Source of the DNA: Lophium mytilinum
Taxonomy: Eukaryota
Length of the DNA stretch: 64,000 nt
Direction: 5' to 3'
Assembly: GCA_010093605.1 (NCBI GenBank)
Contig: MU004189.1
Location: 1,929,834-1,993,833, forward strand
Part shown: one piece after another, positions 1 through 13,286 of the stretch
How positions within the stretch are numbered: position 1 is the first letter of the stretch
Layout: each line of letters opens with the position of its first letter
Notes under the pieces: generated by a model
The model's database searches: none
Told to the model about the DNA's origin: nothing
The model's input: the letters and a program-made list of their open reading frames with translations, nothing else
Position numbers and translations under genes: made by a program

Positions 1-117
1 TTGGCGGTGGGTGGTGGAGTCGACGAAGCCGCTGTCTGCTCGATCCATTCTGGAACGGTGGCGGTTGGCCTTCTTGGGCTTCTGGGGAAGAGAGGGATTG
101 GGAATAGGACCGGCCAT
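1..117 (-). CDS. 5' end of a possible gene running off the window (MAGPIPNPSLPQKPKKANRHRSRMDRADSGFVDSTTHRQ...)
   Basis: ATG at 117 in a good context (ctaccatcATGgcc), open to the window edge; no recognisable domain. Confidence 0.3.
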   Translation of the reverse strand, partial: MAGPIPNPSLPQKPKKANRHRSRMDRADSGFVDSTTHRQ

Positions 118-2162
118 GATGGTAGATTCTTCACTATCGTGTCATTACTGTTGGAAGGTTAGATTTTGTATGCTCTTGACAGGTGTGCTCTTTCTCTACT
201 GCTTGTGGGGCATTAAAAGTTCCATGGTTCAGAATGAATCATAACCTCGGACTCTTGAATATAACTCAACGCACCACAAGCAGTGACAAACAAACATACG
301 CAGACGGATGTCACTCGACAGTATAAGCACAAGTGTAGAGACAACTTACAATATTCGCAACGAAAAGATTGGACAGGGTCTGGCCCTTGTCGAAACACAA
401 GCAACGTCGTTCGCCGGGCAGGTCCACTATATAGGATATGCCCAACGACTCGCCAAAGTACGGCAGTAGTCCTTAGCAAGCGGGCACGCGTGACGCCAAG
501 GGCTGCAGTGGGATAGAGACAAGGCCGATCGTGAAGCGGCGCGGTGCTAGGAATGCTCTACGCGCAGCGTGGTTGGTCGAGTAGTGGCGGCTGGACCCTT
601 TTACACTGGCCTTCTTTTCACCGCCAGCGCTTGCGCTATATTATTCAACACCACAGTCGTGCAGTTGAGCCGACGCTACGAGAGTGCCCGGAAGAATTGT
701 TGAGGATCGCGGTGCGGAGACAAGTGCGAGAACGAGCGGAGGCAGAAATGGGGAGACAAGCTGGTGACCAAGTGAGGTAGTGAGTAGATATGATGTAGGA
801 GGTCCGTCTTCACATGCGAGGCATGCAACATGGCCTTGATCTGGTGACGAGGGTGGATGGGCAGCGCTGTTGCAGTAGAAGGGGCGCCTTCAATAACAGC
901 AGACCACAGACCAGCGCCGTGGCTTGACTTGCAGCAGGTAGGTAGATGCAGCATTGGACGTGCGGCAGACGGCACTGGGCATGTCTCTTTTCGGTCTTCC
1001 TCACCGCCACCAGCCCGCCAACCGACTTCGGCGACGAGAGCAGATGGAGTCTGTCAGGGCCGCTGCATCGTGACGCCCGGCCAATCGTGAGCCGGCCGGG
1101 TGCGCAGTGGCAGCAGTGGGCACTGCAACGTGGAGACGGGCGAACCGACACGCCTGGGCTGCGAATGTTTCGGCGGCCTTCCCCCCTCGGCCCAGCGGTG
1201 GCGATGTCTGCAGCAGAAGGCGGGTTGCATCTCTTGACAGCTGGCACCGCCGATCTGAAACGGGACGGGAGGCGAATGTGAAGATGGGAAAGACGCCCCT
1301 CACGCAATCGCGACTCTCGTGGATGGAGGACGGGATAGGAGGGTGTCCAGCGCGCCAGCATGACAGCACCATCCAGCTCGGTACCTCGATAGCTATCCGC
1401 CGACGCCACTATGTAGCCAAGCATTTCGTATCCCTTGGCCATGCACCTCGTGAAACAGTTGGCGAATGACTGACCTCACGCGGTGCCGAGTCCCGTCTAA
1501 ACCTGGCTGCGAATGAGCATCGCGTGCTGGCCCTGCTCCCTGCTGTCATGCGGAGACGGCCTTCTGGAAGAAGCTGTAGAGAGGAAGGTTTCCTTTTCCA
1601 GCATGCCCATGCCTGCCCAGCTCTGGGGAATGTCTATTCTTAACATTAGAGAGTACGGAAAGACACCACTCTGGCACAGAGAGAGTAGGCGTATCAATAT
1701 ATCTTTTCTGCAGAGACCGCCTAGAAATTAGGTTAAGCATTCTTAGGCCTCAAACCCCTCAGAATTAGCCAATCTTGCGTGGATCAGATTGCGTCCAAAC
1801 CTCTAGACGATGCTGATGCCTCCAAGCTTCAACACTTCTAGACTGTACTGTCCATATACTTTCCATAAAACTTGCATTGTTGGTATACTCCCCCTGGAAT
1901 CCAGACACGGTCCATGGGCGGATGTATGCAGACATCTATCCGCGAGATCGCAAGTAGCATGTAGAAGGATGTAGTAACAGTTCATACCGATAACCTCATA
2001 CCGCTATCAATACAGCCCCGACAACCGTATATACGTCTACCAGTAACCGCGATAGATATGCACAAAAGCGCCAGTCCAGTCCAGCCCACCCAGCCCAAAC
2101 TGAACCCCAATTCATCAAGGACTCAGAAACGCCTCTTAGACTAGACTATAATGCCAACCATC

Positions 2163-3775
2163 CTATTTACCAACCTCTTTCCTCGCTGCCTCCCCGGTTG
2201 ACCGACTCCTCTCACTCCCCGAGCTCCGCGCCCCATCACGCTCAGGATCATACTCCTTCCTAATAGGCACAGCCGTCGGATTCGCCTCCTTCAACGACCC
2301 CACATTGCTCTTCTTCACCAACCCAGCCTCCTCGTCGCTCTCGTCCTCCGAATCGTCCTCAACCGTAAACGCGTCGTCCTCGCTTCCTCTCCTAACAGCC
2401 TCCGCATGCTCATCCCCTTCCTCGGCCTCGTTCTCCGCGGCTGTGTTCCGCTTATCGTCCTTGATGAAGCCGTCGATGATCCAGTACTGCATCGCGTTCA
2501 TGATCAGCGGGAACACGAGCATCACGAATGCTACTTGGAGGCGCTTGTTTCCTTCGGTCCAGCGCAGAGCCCAGTCGCCGACCCACGCGATCCAGGGGAG
2601 GAGCAGGAAGAGGGCGAAGACGCAGAGTTTCATGCCGAGGAGGCCGAAGAAGTAGATGAAGGATTGCTTTAGCCACCATGTCGCGCGGGGTGGGTTGCCG
2701 TAGTTGCCGGAGCGGAGAGACGAAGGGGGGTTGGCGAGAGGGGTGTAGGAGAAGGCGATGTGGAGGATACGGAGAAGGATGACCAGGATGGGGATACCGA
2801 GGGTGGTCTAGTAGAGAATGTGTTAGCTGGATTTGCTTTGAAAAGCCCAGGAGTTGGACAGACATTAGACTTACATCAACAGCTATGTTCAATAGGTAGA
2901 ACGAGCACGGGTTTGGCTTCTTTCCTCCATCGTCCTGCACCGCGTTCTTCGCTGCCGCCGCAACGTCAAAGCTGCCAGACGAAAGCATCGACATGAACAA
3001 GTTCGCAATATGTAGCAATACTGAGCCGAAAACTTGCTTCGAAGCGTCAAAGAACCAGATCTTCAGCGGCCGGCGGGGCGTCTCGCGCCATCTTTTATAC
3101 ACAAGGACCGAGATAGCAAGCAAGCCCAGCGCGCCCTGGATAATCAGCGCGAAAGGGCCCAAAAGATGGCATTCGCCATTATCGTCGCCGCCTTCGTCTT
3201 CTTTAGGGCCCTTCTCAGAGCCCGTAGGTGTCGGTTCAGGTACCGCAACCGACCCTGTCGCAGAAGCTGCAGAAGACGGCGACGGCGTCTCAGCCTTCAC
3301 ACCTTTGATTCCCATAAGCTCTGTTTCAAAAACTGCCAAACTGTTAGCTCTTGCCCAACTCTCCCCATTTGAGGCATGAGAACTCACCCAGCACAGCGTC
3401 CGGCCCAATCACCCCTCCCGCTCCACTATGCCCATACCCCAGCTCCGGCGGGATTGTTAATTTCCTCCCCTCCCCAATACACATATCCAGCAAGCCCTGA
3501 TCCCATCCCTTGATCACCTGCCCCGCCCCCAGCGTGAACGTGAACGGTGAACCGCGGTCGTAGGAGTTGTCGAACGGTGTGCCATCGGTGAGGGTTCCGC
3601 GGTAATTTACAGCGATCTTGTCGCCGGCCTGAGATTTACGGGTACACGTTGCAGGTTTCGTGACATCGATTATGAGGTCCGCGGCGATGGAGAGAGGCAA
3701 CGAGGTGAGTAGTAGGAGGGTCGTGAGGGAGGTGGAGATTGGGAGGGCGGCGAGGGCCCGAATGAGGGGACGCAT
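2163..3775 (-). CDS. Secretory FKBP-type peptidyl-prolyl isomerase (Fpr2/FKBP13-like) fused to a STIMATE/DUF3661 multi-pass membrane domain
   Basis: Hydrophobic signal peptide; FKBP motifs [37 protein letters not shown]. Intron 3333-3387 (GTGAG..GCTAAC..CAG) restores AVL-VFETEL and continues into [50 protein letters not shown]. Intron 2808-2874 joins to [24 protein letters not shown] stop at 2163. Confidence 0.9.
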
Positions 3776-5069
3776 TAAGGCGGCGGCGCGAGGGGAAAAC
3801 TCGCTATGGCGATATTATAGATTCTAGTATTGATGTTGAAGGGTCGGATCCCCAGGAGGTCGTGGTGAAGACGGGTCGTGTAGGCGGCGATAGGTGAAAC
3901 AAGACCTAGTTTAGGAAGTGTGGCACTGGGTGTGATGGCGCGACAGTTTGCTGTCCAGACAGCTATCACAGGGTGCGTGAAGCGAGAGATGGCAGAAGTG
4001 GAGGAGATGTCTAGAATGTATTCACAGTTGTGTCTGCTGCGACAAGGCGCAGCGTGGAGTTCGTGCAAGGTGGTGGGCGGTGCTGCAAGTGGTCATCATG
4101 ATCATCGGGTCGCGTGCGCCTAACTGCGATGGGCAAGCCAAGTTGATAGCTAATAGATATGACTTTGTTCACGTTCAGTAAACACTTGTATCCACGTAGC
4201 TAAGACTTCATCTTTGCACTTCTTATTGTGTTGATGCCATTCTAACGGCTTGCTGTTCCCTTTATGACTGTCGAATGCCAGGCACGAGTTCACGCCCTTC
4301 GTCCTCAATAAGACAACCAATCATATCACGACTAGTCAGCTAGTCAGCAGGCAGCCTTAATTGTACCATGTATTTTCATCGCACGCGTACCTACCCACCG
4401 TCAGGCAAGCAGGTAGAAATTATATTACACTTTTCCCTCTCTACTCTTCCTCTCCACTCCCTCCACATCCCACCAGTAGTAAGTTCACCATCTGTCATAC
4501 TTCCTTGACAAAGAAACGCCGAATGACACCGCCAACCCACTGTGTCGTTATCCATCCATCCTGTGTTCAGGGTAAGGTAAGTTCGCCGCACGCAATGCAG
4601 TCCATGCTTCAGTTCCATCCTAGACATTACGTAACCCATTCTCTGTCCCAAGTAGACCCAGAAACCGTGAAAAACAAAACGACCACGACCAAGGCCCACG
4701 CTCTTGAAGATACCTTCAGGAAGAGTATTCGCGGACCGAAGCCCAAATTTGTTGTTGGAGGAGAAATTAAGGAAGTCGTGTCAGGAAGAAGAGGAGAAAT
4801 TGTAGGAGGAGAAGCGGGCAGTAGCCGAACAGACGAGCACACAGCCTCCATTCCCTTCCGTGGGTTTTTCTTCACTCAATGCCACTCCAGCCAAACGCCA
4901 TGCCAGGCCCCGTCGTGGAAAAGAAAGACCGAGATGTATGCGCCGAACCGCTGATGCAGAAACTGGGCTCCGTCCAGAACCCCAAGAACCAGTATGCAAA
5001 CTGAAAACGTAGAAATGAAAATCAGCCTTACCTTAATATGTGTAAAAGTAGCGGCAGTAGCCCCCACCA

Positions 5070-8000
5070 CTATTTATGCGGTTTGGGCACCATAAACTCA
5101 TGCGGCTTTCCTTTCTCCTTCGGATCCAAAAACTTGGTCAAGACCAGTGAGAGCTCTTTGAACTCGACCGGTTTAGTGACGTACGAGTTAAAACCAGCCT
5201 CGACGCACTTGGAGTAGACGTCCCCGAGGACGTTCGCCGAAAGAGCAATAATCGGGAGATGTGCATAGTTCATCTTATGTTCCCAGCGTCGAATTTCCTT
5301 GCAGGCTTGATAGCCATCTTTGTTGGGCATATGGAGATCACACTGCAACAAGTGTGAGCTTTTGACTGAAGTTGGGCTAGGAGTGGTGATACTAGGGGCA
5401 GTAGACGGCTTACAAGAATGATGGAATAGTATCCCGGGGGCTTGGAGAAGACGCTTTCTGTACATTGGACGCCATCAACGACCGTTTCGCTTGTGACGGA
5501 GACCTTGGACAGAAACTTCAATATAACCTGCGACGTTGTTAGCCTTTTGGAAGAGTTTCGCCGTTTCGAGTTTCCATACGGTCTGGTTGATATAGTTATC
5601 TTCCACGAGAAGTACCCTGAATCCCCTGTTGCCCAGTCTGTTCTTCAAATCCTCGAACACCAACTTTTGTGTAACCGCTACTTGCTGTGCACTGTCCTGA
5701 TTTCGATCTGTACTCAAATCGCGCTCCTTCTGAGGATCAAAGATGACAGCGAACTTCGATGGCTTCAGTGGCTTGTAGATAAATCGAAGTCGCCGATCCC
5801 GTACGAGCTTCTCATAGTCGTATTGTGGCGCATCTTTCATAATCTCACGCTTCTGCATAGTATCTGAGATTATGATCATTGAAGTTGACGAGTGGAAGGA
5901 CGGCTTGAAGACCAGATCCATGAAGGCAATGACGTCTGAAGAGAGAGATAGCACCAGAATAACGTGAGTAAAAAGGACGGGGTCCTCGCCGCCGATGAGT
6001 TCGCGCGCCTCTTCTAAGCTTGCCTTGGAAGTGACCTGGTGAGGTACAGCCTTCGGCAGCGTTCGCTTGACGTGCTTGACAGTTGCTTCTCGGCTATATT
6101 TCAAAGGGCATATGACCAAGATTGAGTACATTGGCGGTTGCAAAGTACTTCCAAGTGGAGAAAGACTTCGATTAATGGGCTTGGCGCGCACAGTCTCGGC
6201 GGAAACGTTGGTCTCAATAGACTCTTCCGAGTCTCCATGTCCACCTACACTCCCGCTGCGGTCTGGTAGAGCAAGCTCAATTGGTGAGTTTTTGATAGCT
6301 GAGTCTGGCATGAAAGATGATACTGAGGATCTCTCTGATCGAAGACTGGTTTTGCCAGTATAGATCGATGGGTCAGAGCTGCCAGACGACAGAGATGGAG
6401 AGTCGCGCGATCGCTCTGAAGAAGGCAGACTCGGAGCAGGGGACTTGAGGGATGGCGATTCGGTAAAGCCGGTGTGTCCAGGAGATTCGGCAGCGAAGCG
6501 CTGCATTCGTGCCACAGTATCTGTATGGGCTGCAGAAGGAGGCAAAGGTGTCCTAGCAGGTGTGGCCACCATACTCGTGCCTGGCGTGGCGATTGGTGTC
6601 GGAGGACGATCATCTCCATGTGGTAATCCGAAATTGATAGTGAAGGTGAAGTTCGAGCCTTCGTTTGGTACACTAGTAGCTTTCATCTTTCCTCCATGCA
6701 ATTCGACCAACTGCATGGAGATGGCCAGGCCAAGTCCAGTGCCACCGTGCTGTCGAGTGCTGCTGGCGTCAATCTGACTAAATCTTTTGAACAGGAATTC
6801 TGCCTCTTTCTTTGTGAAGCCGCTGCCTGTATCGATCACCTCAAATTGCACCACGGTTTCATGATCATCGCCATTCTTGGGCTGGTCGGCTGAGAGCTGG
6901 CATCTTACAAACACTTCGCCTTTCTCAGTGAATTTAATCGCGTTGCCGATAACGTTTAGTAGTACTTGACGTATTCGGAATCGATCGCCCTTGACCATCG
7001 ATGGTACTTCTTCCTCGACAAGATAGTTGAGTTCCAGTCCTTTCCCAATAGCTAGCGCCGAGGTAAGGTCGTTTACTTCTTCAATAAGTGACGGCAGATG
7101 GAGCCAGTCCACATTTAACGTAATCATGCCAGCTTCGACCTTTGACAGATCTAGTATGTCGTTTATAAGATCACGAAGTCCTTCGGTGCTGTTTCTGATG
7201 ATATTGACGTGTTCCATTTGCTCAGAACTTAAAGGACTGTCGAGAAGGAAGTTGACCATCCCAGTGATGCCGTTCAAAGGAGTTCGAATCTCATGGGACA
7301 TGTTGCTCAGGAATCTTGACTTGGCGTCCATAGTCTCTTTCAAAGTCTGTTCCAGCAACTTGTGATCGTTGATGTCCGTGCAAGTGCCATACCAAGTCTC
7401 CTCATTCCGGGGCTCTGAGGAGACTGAGTTTTCCAGTAATATTCGTACAAGATGCCATCGATAATTGCCGTCCTTAGAACGAAGGCGAACCTCGGTCGAG
7501 TAAGAAGGCCGCCCGTCAGCATCTTTCGTAATCTTTAGAATACCCTCGCTAGCTAGCTTAGAGAGTTTCGCTTGCGGCATTTCCATAGTTGCTGGATGCC
7601 CACCAGGGCTAGTGACGGTGTTGTCTGTCTCCGAGGAATTATCCGACGAAGATGAGTAACCACGAGCATGTTCAATGGGAACTGAGACTGGGACGTTCGC
7701 GGGCGCAGAGCCGTCTTCGTTCATGACTGGCAGTCTACACTTGACAATGTCATGGGGATGGACGTGTTCCAGGAACCCAATCCCTAATGTCTGCGCTTCT
7801 TCCTGGCCAGAATAAGACAACCATTGTGAGTTGCAAAAGGTGATACCTCGCTTGTTTGTTACGACGAAGACAATTTGGGGACTTGAGTTAGCAAGCGCTC
7901 GGTATTTGGCTTCAGAGGCAGCGGTTTCCTGTTGGCGAGCGGAGTTGGCCTCAGCAAGATGCTGTTCATGAAAGTCCATGTTTGTTCCAATCCAGTGAAC

Positions 8001-11000
8001 AATTTGCTGCTTCTTATCTTTTAAAGGAGCAACTCGGACGTAGAACCATCGGTATTGTCCATCGAACCTTAATAGGCGAACCTTTTGTTGAAGTTGCTGT
8101 CCGGTTCGAAGGGACTTGTTCCAGTGGTCAATGTAGGCCTCCCGTTCTTCGGGGTGTATGGACTCATAAGGGTCGCTGAGAGCGTGCTGTGAGTCTCCAC
8201 CTCTATAAACCATATACTTTGAATTGAACCAAGTCATTGCTCCAGTACTCGGTTGAGCTGTAAATATTTGTACCGGCAGGGAATCGATAATGGTTCTCAG
8301 CAACCGCTCTGACGGAGGTGGCATTGATGGTAGATCAATCGTATCGCTAACGGAGCCGCCTCTTGCGTGACCTGGTGTGTAAGTCGGCCCAGGCGTTTGT
8401 GGAATTCCTGGAACTGCTGCAGAAGGAAGCGACTGGAAGGAAGAGCTGAAGTCAGCCCCATACGAGTGCAAAAGGGAATGTGGCTTGCGGTCAGCTGTGT
8501 TTGGAGGCTGAAAAGACAGTGTACGAAGCCTGCGAGGAGACAAAGGCTGCGACTGGGCTGTGCTTTGGTCCTGCACATCAGATGAAATGGTCCTGGGCTT
8601 TGGCTTTGGGTCGCTCCTAGGAGTTGGAATGTCATCCTCTCCAATATCATGCGGTGTATTGCTAGTCGCTTTCTTTAACGTAGAGCGAGAATCGACCGCT
8701 GAGGAGACTTTCCGCAATATCTGTTCCTGTGGCGGTTGGCCTCCAGGTGTCTTCGCCGGGGTAGTATAAGCCGCACGTTTCTTGGAGTCAAAGTAACTGT
8801 CGACAAGCTCTGATCCTGTAACATGGCCAGGGGTACCTCCAACAGAATGCTTGCTTGAAAATCCCGCCGCAGATGGATCCCAGCCTGGTGTTCCCCCAAG
8901 TGATCCACCGGGACTTTGCCTTGATCGACCAGAATAATCTGACGGACTTGTGACGCTTCCAGCTTGTGAGCCGGCCACATCGTCAAGATCGAAACGCATG
9001 AGATCATCTAGACTTTCTGGGCCATGAATAGGTGCAAATCCCACTTGGTGTCCCGACATGTACCGACGATGGCGTATCCCAGTCGCTTGCTGATGCGCAG
9101 TCGTATATTGCCAAGCATTTGAGAAAGAAGTTGCCAGATGTGGCCCGAGAAGCTTTAGTGAATTGGTGAGGTTCTGGGGATACGGTACGGTGGAAGACAG
9201 TATCGAAAGAATCGCGATGGGAGCTTTCCGGAGCGGCTGTGGGTCTTGCAAAATGCTGCCGGTTGACCTACGAGACATGGTGGGGGTTTGCGACGGCGTA
9301 TTGGGATCAAGCGGTTGCATTGTCTGGGAGAGTATAGGATGTATGAGCGGAATGTGCGTGACCGTGCTGGCCTTGTCAACCCCAATGGCTTCCACTTGGC
9401 TAAACCGAGAATAGTCTTGCGTGGTTTCAGTGGGGTTGAAAGTATCGTCATCAACATTAGTTTCCGCAGCGAAAAAAGGGTTTTCCGAGGAATCTGTTTG
9501 GATGGCGGGCGAAGGGGCTGGTGATTGTGCCCATGGCGAGCTAGGAAACTGCTCGTACTCTTCATACTGCGGTAGCAATTTGTTCTCGCTATTGTTTGCG
9601 TGGCCGGGTTTACCGCGAAGAGCAGCCTTTTGGAACTCTCTTGATATGGGTGGATAAGGGGTAGTCCTGCTTCCGTGCTCTTCGGTATCTTCTGTAGAGT
9701 TTTTCCGAGAGTTTGGTGTCGACACTGAGTAATCTCTGGTTAACGTCACCAACTTGCCCCTCTCTAGAACTCTGTTGATGCCCGCAGTATCAATCAGAGG
9801 GTCCGACTCATGATCTAGAGCTCGCAGTACAGGGAAGACGATGGCATAGGGTTCCGTAGATGCGTCTCCTCCATGGTTAGAGAATTCAGGGTCGCTGAAC
9901 GAGGGGTCTCTGCTTGAAGGACTTTGAAAGAACGGCGATCCGTCGAGGGGAGAGGGCGTGATTTGGCGTAGGGGATGTTCTCCTCGCGGCGTCGTGTGTG
10001 GAGCGAGACTCGCAGTTCTGATAGGTCCCGGTGGTCTCGTTGGTGGGCCTGTCGCTTTCTCCACGGGTGCTTCCTTTCGTTGACGCTCATAACCAGCGAA
10101 CGAATGCCGGGTCTCTAGTTTGGGTCTGCCTGTAGGAAGAAATAGCGCTGAAGGAGCTTTGAGAACAGCCTCTAGACTCGCGGAAGTGTGACTTCCATAG
10201 CTATCTGAGCTAGACTTGGAATCCTGTGTTGATGAATGCGACGGTTTCAGAACTTCGCCGGCCTGGTTGAAGCTCGTCTTTTGTCCCCAGGGCACATTCT
10301 CGATGTCGGAGGCGTCGGCCGGTACCGCAAGCGTAGCTCTCTCTACGCCGTACCATTCCCTGAGAATTGATATGACAGTACTCCACCATGCTTTTAGGCC
10401 AGGCTCGGACCCTAGCTGTAGGGCCAAGTCGTAAAGGCTCGGAGAAGGATAGCGGGAGTCTTCTTCCATTGAGTACGCGCGGTAGATTCCGGTAGGTAGA
10501 AAGGTATCTGCGGTGGCGAGAGGCGTACTGGAAGCCGACGGGGATATGCGTTCGCGTGGCGCAGATTGGTCCTTTGCGTTGCTGGCGCCTACCGTGGGCG
10601 ACAGGCTAGTGAAGGGCTGGTGGAAGGCGTAATTCCATGGCTTTGGAGTGCCGGGCACGGTGGGAAACGGATATGAGGGCGTACGCAGAGGTTGCACGCC
10701 AGGTGTCGGTGGCACGCTGCCGCGGATGGTCTTGGCGGACTCTGTCGACTCGGACGATGAGGTGAGTCCAGTGGCCAACGGGGTGGCGAAGGAGGCCTCC
10801 AGCGTGGGCGACAGGCTCGATGCCGGCTCCTCTCTGATGGGCGAAACTCTGGTGCGCTGCCCCGGGGTGCCGCCGCGACTGTTTGCTGCACTCATCCGTG
10901 CGCGCTGTTCCTTCTGGAGCATTTTAGCAGCAATCGCCGCACGGAGACGTTGGAGCTCGACCTCGTCTGGCGAAGGCGCCTTGTCTGTCACTCCGCCGTC

Positions 11001-11270
11001 TGATTCACCACTCTCCGATTCCATCTGACTTGAATCCTCCGCAGCAGCGTCGCTCACTTCACTCTCGGTCCCACTTTCGTCATCGGGGCGAGGCTGGCGG
11101 GGGTTGGGCGACGCAGTGTCTTCCGGGTCGGTGATTTCGGGCGGGGTGGTTCGAGGCCAGCGGAACAGCAATGGGCGGTTTGGTGATGGATGCGAGGGGT
11201 TGGTGGGCGAGCCAGCGGGAGGGTCGTTGGTGGTGGAGAGTTGCCTCGAGGACTGAGATATCTCCTTCAT
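5070..11270 (-). CDS. Hybrid sensor histidine kinase (2x PAS/PAC, HisKA, HATPase_c, C-terminal receiver); probably the HHK2/PhkB-like group
   Basis: H-box FLSNMSHEIRTPLNGI, N-box QVLLNVIGNAIKFT, DTGSG, FKRFSQ, GGTGLGLAIS; PAS motifs (IHPEE, HVHPHD, DGQYRWF, DGNYRWH). Receiver VLLVEDN..CDLHMPNKDG..PIIALSA..YVTKP is rebuilt across introns 5528-5579 and 5343-5413. Group assignment is an inference. Confidence 0.93.
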
Positions 11271-12689
11271 CGCGAGCCCCCTGCTCCTCCCTCCTGGTCA
11301 AGCAGCACCAAAGTACAGAAGCAGGATCAAGCGGGCGAAGGCGACTGCCGTCACACGCCGCATGTAGAGAAGGATATGTGGAGAGATGCAGGGCGAGACG
11401 GCGGATTTGCAAGGCGGTGGGATCTCGGGATCGATCCGATGCGGTGACGTAGTTGGCGCTTCGTGGTGAAGAGCGTGCGAAATGGCATCGACAGCTTTTG
11501 AGGAGCGCAAGTCAAACGACGGTCATAGAAGAGGGTGCAAGAGAAGGGGTCGCGGCGGGCCACAGGAGGCAGAGTGCAGCAGTAGGGCTGGGCTGGCTAG
11601 GAGTGGAGGAGGATGGGATGGTTGCTAGTACTCCTGTTGAGGGTCTCCTTAGCGCACCTTGTCAGAGCGTGGGAGAGGCCTGGGGGGTGGGCCATGCACA
11701 AAGCTTCGAGAAACACCCTCCTCTCGTTTCGCTGTTGGCTGGCGCGCGCAATTTGCACGCTCCCGGCGCATCGAGCCAGCGGCCCTAATTATCACGCCGT
11801 GTGCGCCGCCATCGCGGGCGCCGCGTCTTGAAATGCGGCTGTAGCAAGCGGCGAGCTGGACGTCGTGGGAATTCCAATGCACAGCGACGTCATCTCGGGC
11901 GCTAGGCCGTAAGCAGTGCCGCTGGTTTTTAGGGCACACCGGATGCCCTTCTTGCACTCCCACACCGCAACTCGACGACATGGCAACAACAACTCTGTGC
12001 GCAAGAAGAGCACTTGAACTAGCTGTCTCGCGCGGGCGAATAGCTGGCTGGACCCGAAGCGCAGAACTGTCTGTAGCTAGTGGCGCAACAGCGGCGTTTC
12101 GCCCGTCCAGTCTTAGATGTGGTGAAACCATCGCAGCTTCGCCTCGTCTTCTCTATGTGGCTGGACAGGAGGCTCTGTGTACTTTCTCTCCTGGCGCTAA
12201 GCGTTTTGTCGATCGCTTCTTCTACCAGACCTCCGGTTCCATTTTTTCCGGGAGAGTCGGCAGAAGGGGTTCGCGGCATGCAGTAGCGGCTCGATCAGTA
12301 GGCATTCGGCATTGATGGTCGACGTGTGGAGGGCCTCGTGGACGTACATAGTATCTGTAAGTCATCGGAAAATTCCCATCTTCGGCTTAAGTCTGCATCT
12401 TCTTTCACGGCCAAGCCATTTGTGGCCTGATCAGGGTCCCAACGACTGTATCTTGAAACGGTGCAGAGTCCAAGTATGCTCAGTGGCTGGACGTGGAACT
12501 ACAATTGAGACGCTCAATACAACAGCGGGCAACAAACAGAGAAACAGGTCGAAATAAGGGTATAATTCGTCCCGTCTTATGCAAGCTGTCCGCGCCCAGG
12601 ACCCGCTTACCACATGGCACTCCACCTGGACCAAACTCCGCTCAAGACTACTGTCAGGGTCTCAAACCTTAACGCCAACCACCCAAACA

Positions 12690-12960
12690 AGCACCACCCC
12701 TGCAATGGTATAAGTACCAGAAGAAAGGCACTATTATATGCTGTTTCTATACTAGCAGATCCAACTACTTACTGTATATCTAGACGCTTATCTAAGGTAT
12801 AGTTATGCTTACAACACTCCAGAATTTAGAATTCTTGTACCGCAAATCGGTAATAACGTGAGCATAATTAGAGCAATATTCGTTTCTCATTCAGCATCTA
12901 ATACCGCATGATTGATTATTTCTATTCTTCAGCCAAGGCGCGATGTGATACCAAAGGGTT
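12690..12960. other. Short TpA-rich patch, possible RIP-eroded repeat relic
   Basis: Locally AT-rich with many TA/CTAG words (tctatactagcag, tatatctagacgcttatctaaggtatag) compared with GC-rich flanks. Confidence 0.3.
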
Positions 12961-13165
12961 GCAACTCGCGCCTCGTCGCTTCTACCAATCGATGGCCTGT
13001 TGCCGCATTCTCCACACCCGCTGTTGCCGCATTCGTTATTTCCTAACCTCCGTTTTGCATCACTCTTTACGCTCTTCTGCTCTTCGTTTCATCTCCCACC
13101 ACCATGCTCGCAACTACGTGACCTGCCAGTCCATCAATCAACTTCCTTACTCCTCGTCACCTCCA

Positions 13166-13286
13166 CCTATCCCGCCATCCTGCCCCGGTGTCGACTGCCA
13201 CAGCCTTAGCCATACTGTCCTCTTGCCCTGGTGTTGACCATCCAGCCCATCCCGCTATCTTGCCGCGGTGTCAAATGCCACAGCCT
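13166..13286 (+). repeat. Degenerate direct repeat of about 40 bp with an 80-bp period
   Basis: atcccgccatcctgccccggtgtcgactgccacagcct (near 13169) vs atcccgctatcttgccgcggtgtcaaatgccacagcct (near 13249). Confidence 0.75.

Noticed and set aside
544..1740. Several overlapping 60-210-aa ORFs on both strands
   Set aside because: No recognisable domains or consistent exon structure; typical of GC-rich upstream DNA
3344..3775. Stand-alone 143-aa FKBP ORF from the ORF track
   Set aside because: It reads into an intron and lacks the final FKBP strand; the spliced fusion model fits better
4361..4954. 197-aa plus-strand ORF
   Set aside because: Non-ATG start, no motifs, antisense to the probable 3' UTR of the histidine kinase
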